NCBI GenBank assembly: GCA_012033105.1 | Contig: JAAUPN010000024.1 | Span: 1-29,275 of the forward strand | Origin: Coleofasciculaceae cyanobacterium RL_1_1 | GTDB lineage: Bacteria; Cyanobacteriota; Cyanobacteriia; Cyanobacteriales; Geitlerinemataceae | Length of the DNA stretch: 29,275 nucleotides | Reading direction: 5' to 3' | In this document: one piece after another, positions 28,286-29,275 of the stretch | Layout of the letters: the number at the start of each line of letters is the position of its first letter | Position numbering within the stretch: the first letter of the stretch is position 1 | Made by a program: the position numbers and the translations under genes | Notes under the pieces: generated by a model | What the model was told of the DNA's origin: nothing | Databases searched by the model: none | What the model saw: the letters and a program-made list of their open reading frames with translations, nothing else

Positions 28286-29275
28286 CTAGGACTTGGGTAA
28301 CTGGTACTGACTGACGATCTTTTTCGCGAACTCGGGGACGTGGGCGTCGAGATTTTCGGGGTGGTTGCGTTGGGTGTAGAGATAGTTGCGTGTGAAGTGC
28401 GAATCGATCGAGAATCGCGCGTATTCCAAACCCTTCGGGCCAAAGCGCTCGATAAATACACCCATGAGCCGTGCTGCCCACATCGGCAACGTCACGCCCA
28501 TATCGTAAGCCGGGATGCTTTGCTGGACGGCCTGTTTACGATCGCCGCTAGAGCTAACGGGCTGGGTTTCGAGCCGATCGCGAATCAGCTCCAACATCTC
28601 CGCCCCCGTCTCATTCCGCACCACAATCCATTGCCACTGGAACGGCGCACCCATGTAGCCCACTACCAAATCCGCCAAACCATTCGTGTAGTCAAAACAG
28701 CTCATGCAGGACGGCGCAAACACGTCTTTAAGTTCTTTTGTATTCAGGCCAAAAAACGGGACGAGTTCGATCGAGCCGTCCTCATGGCGGAAGTGAACCC
28801 GAAAATCCTGCATAAATTCGTAATGCACCACGGTTTCCGGCGATCGGCTCGTGGTTTCCAAGAACTTTTGCAGACCGGCGCGATCGACATTATCCACGCA
28901 GGGCATCCCCAACACGTAGAGCTTTTCGAGGCCAATCTCGTACTGCACGCTCGCAACGCCTGAATCTGACAGCCCACGCCGATCGCCAAGACACGCTTCA
29001 TACCTGCCTGTTCAATCTGTTCTAGCACCGACAAATTCGGCGACAGCGTCGGTTTATTCACCTTCGCCGCCAGCACCTCCGCCGGAGTTCGAGCCACGAT
29101 CGGCATCGGGCCAAAGCGATCGGTCGGCGAATTCTGCACACAGATCACGCCCTCCACCAGACCCCGTTCGAGCATTTCACAGGCCAGCATACTAACGATG
29201 CCCGTCCACTGTGCGCCCTCGATCGGCTGCGTATTACGCGCCGCAAACATCTCCTGATGCACACCAAAATACAGC
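28286..29275 (-). CDS. FrhB-family protein (coenzyme F420 hydrogenase beta-like; HCAR-type in cyanobacteria). The 5' end runs off the window. Frameshift near 28930-28960.
   Basis: The N-terminal part QWTGIVSMLACEMLERGLVEGVICVQ...VGCQIQALRA and the C-terminal part YEIGLEKLYVLGMPCVDN match conserved FrhB blocks. The frame is still open at the window edge (..LYFGVHQEMF). Confidence 0.65.

Noticed and set aside
28126-28481. Minus-strand ORFs 28126..28461 and 28164..28481 overlapping the 3' end of the FrhB-like gene and repeat copy E. The second ends with a TM-helix-like tail (MTIRRVLWLLCILGLAGVWVLLAASPLA).
   Set aside because: They overlap a supported gene and a repeat and have low-complexity N-terminal parts. 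A 27-aa peptide downstream of FrhB cannot be supported from sequence alone.

Overview
This looks like a cyanobacterial chromosomal segment of roughly 58-60% GC. The HIP1 octamer GCGATCGC occurs far more often than expected, which is typical of many cyanobacteria. The window has no rRNA, tRNA, CRISPR array, transposase or obvious defence island.

Gene content is a mosaic of core metabolism and signalling:
- Core metabolism: a split FTR1/EfeU iron permease, ureD-ureA, convergent phosphoribulokinase (prk), a divergently transcribed RbcR/CbbR-like LysR regulator, a flotillin-like SPFH protein, an APH-fold kinase, a DUF218 protein, wecB, a LarE-family PP-loop ATPase, a DUF1624 membrane protein, hisH, a GNAT protein, a CofE-like domain protein, rluD, a metallophosphoesterase and a partial FrhB/HCAR-family gene at the right edge.
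- Signalling: an FHA-PAS-GGDEF-EAL c-di-GMP protein, a REC-GAF-GGDEF protein with a degenerate Hpt-like tail, and an overlapping BlaI/BlaR1-type repressor and sensor-protease pair.

Three things stand out beyond the gene list:
- A short dispersed structured repeat with conserved core GAGCGGAGTCGA and a 5-bp stem that changes in a compensating way between copies. There are five loci on both strands. One is a 21-bp x3 tandem array, and two form 33-bp terminal inverted repeats around a 245-bp MITE-like element. A second, unrelated 257-bp nested inverted-repeat element sits upstream of blaI.
- At least 13 apparent +/-1 frameshifts split otherwise well-conserved genes. That points to indel-type assembly errors rather than mass pseudogenisation, but it needs read-level checking.
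- Two strongly AT-rich or palindromic leaders sit upstream of the two GGDEF genes, and an unannotated 52-aa tail-anchored ORF is start/stop-coupled to hisH.

I could not identify a complete named novel system with confidence. The repeat family is the most likely undescribed element.
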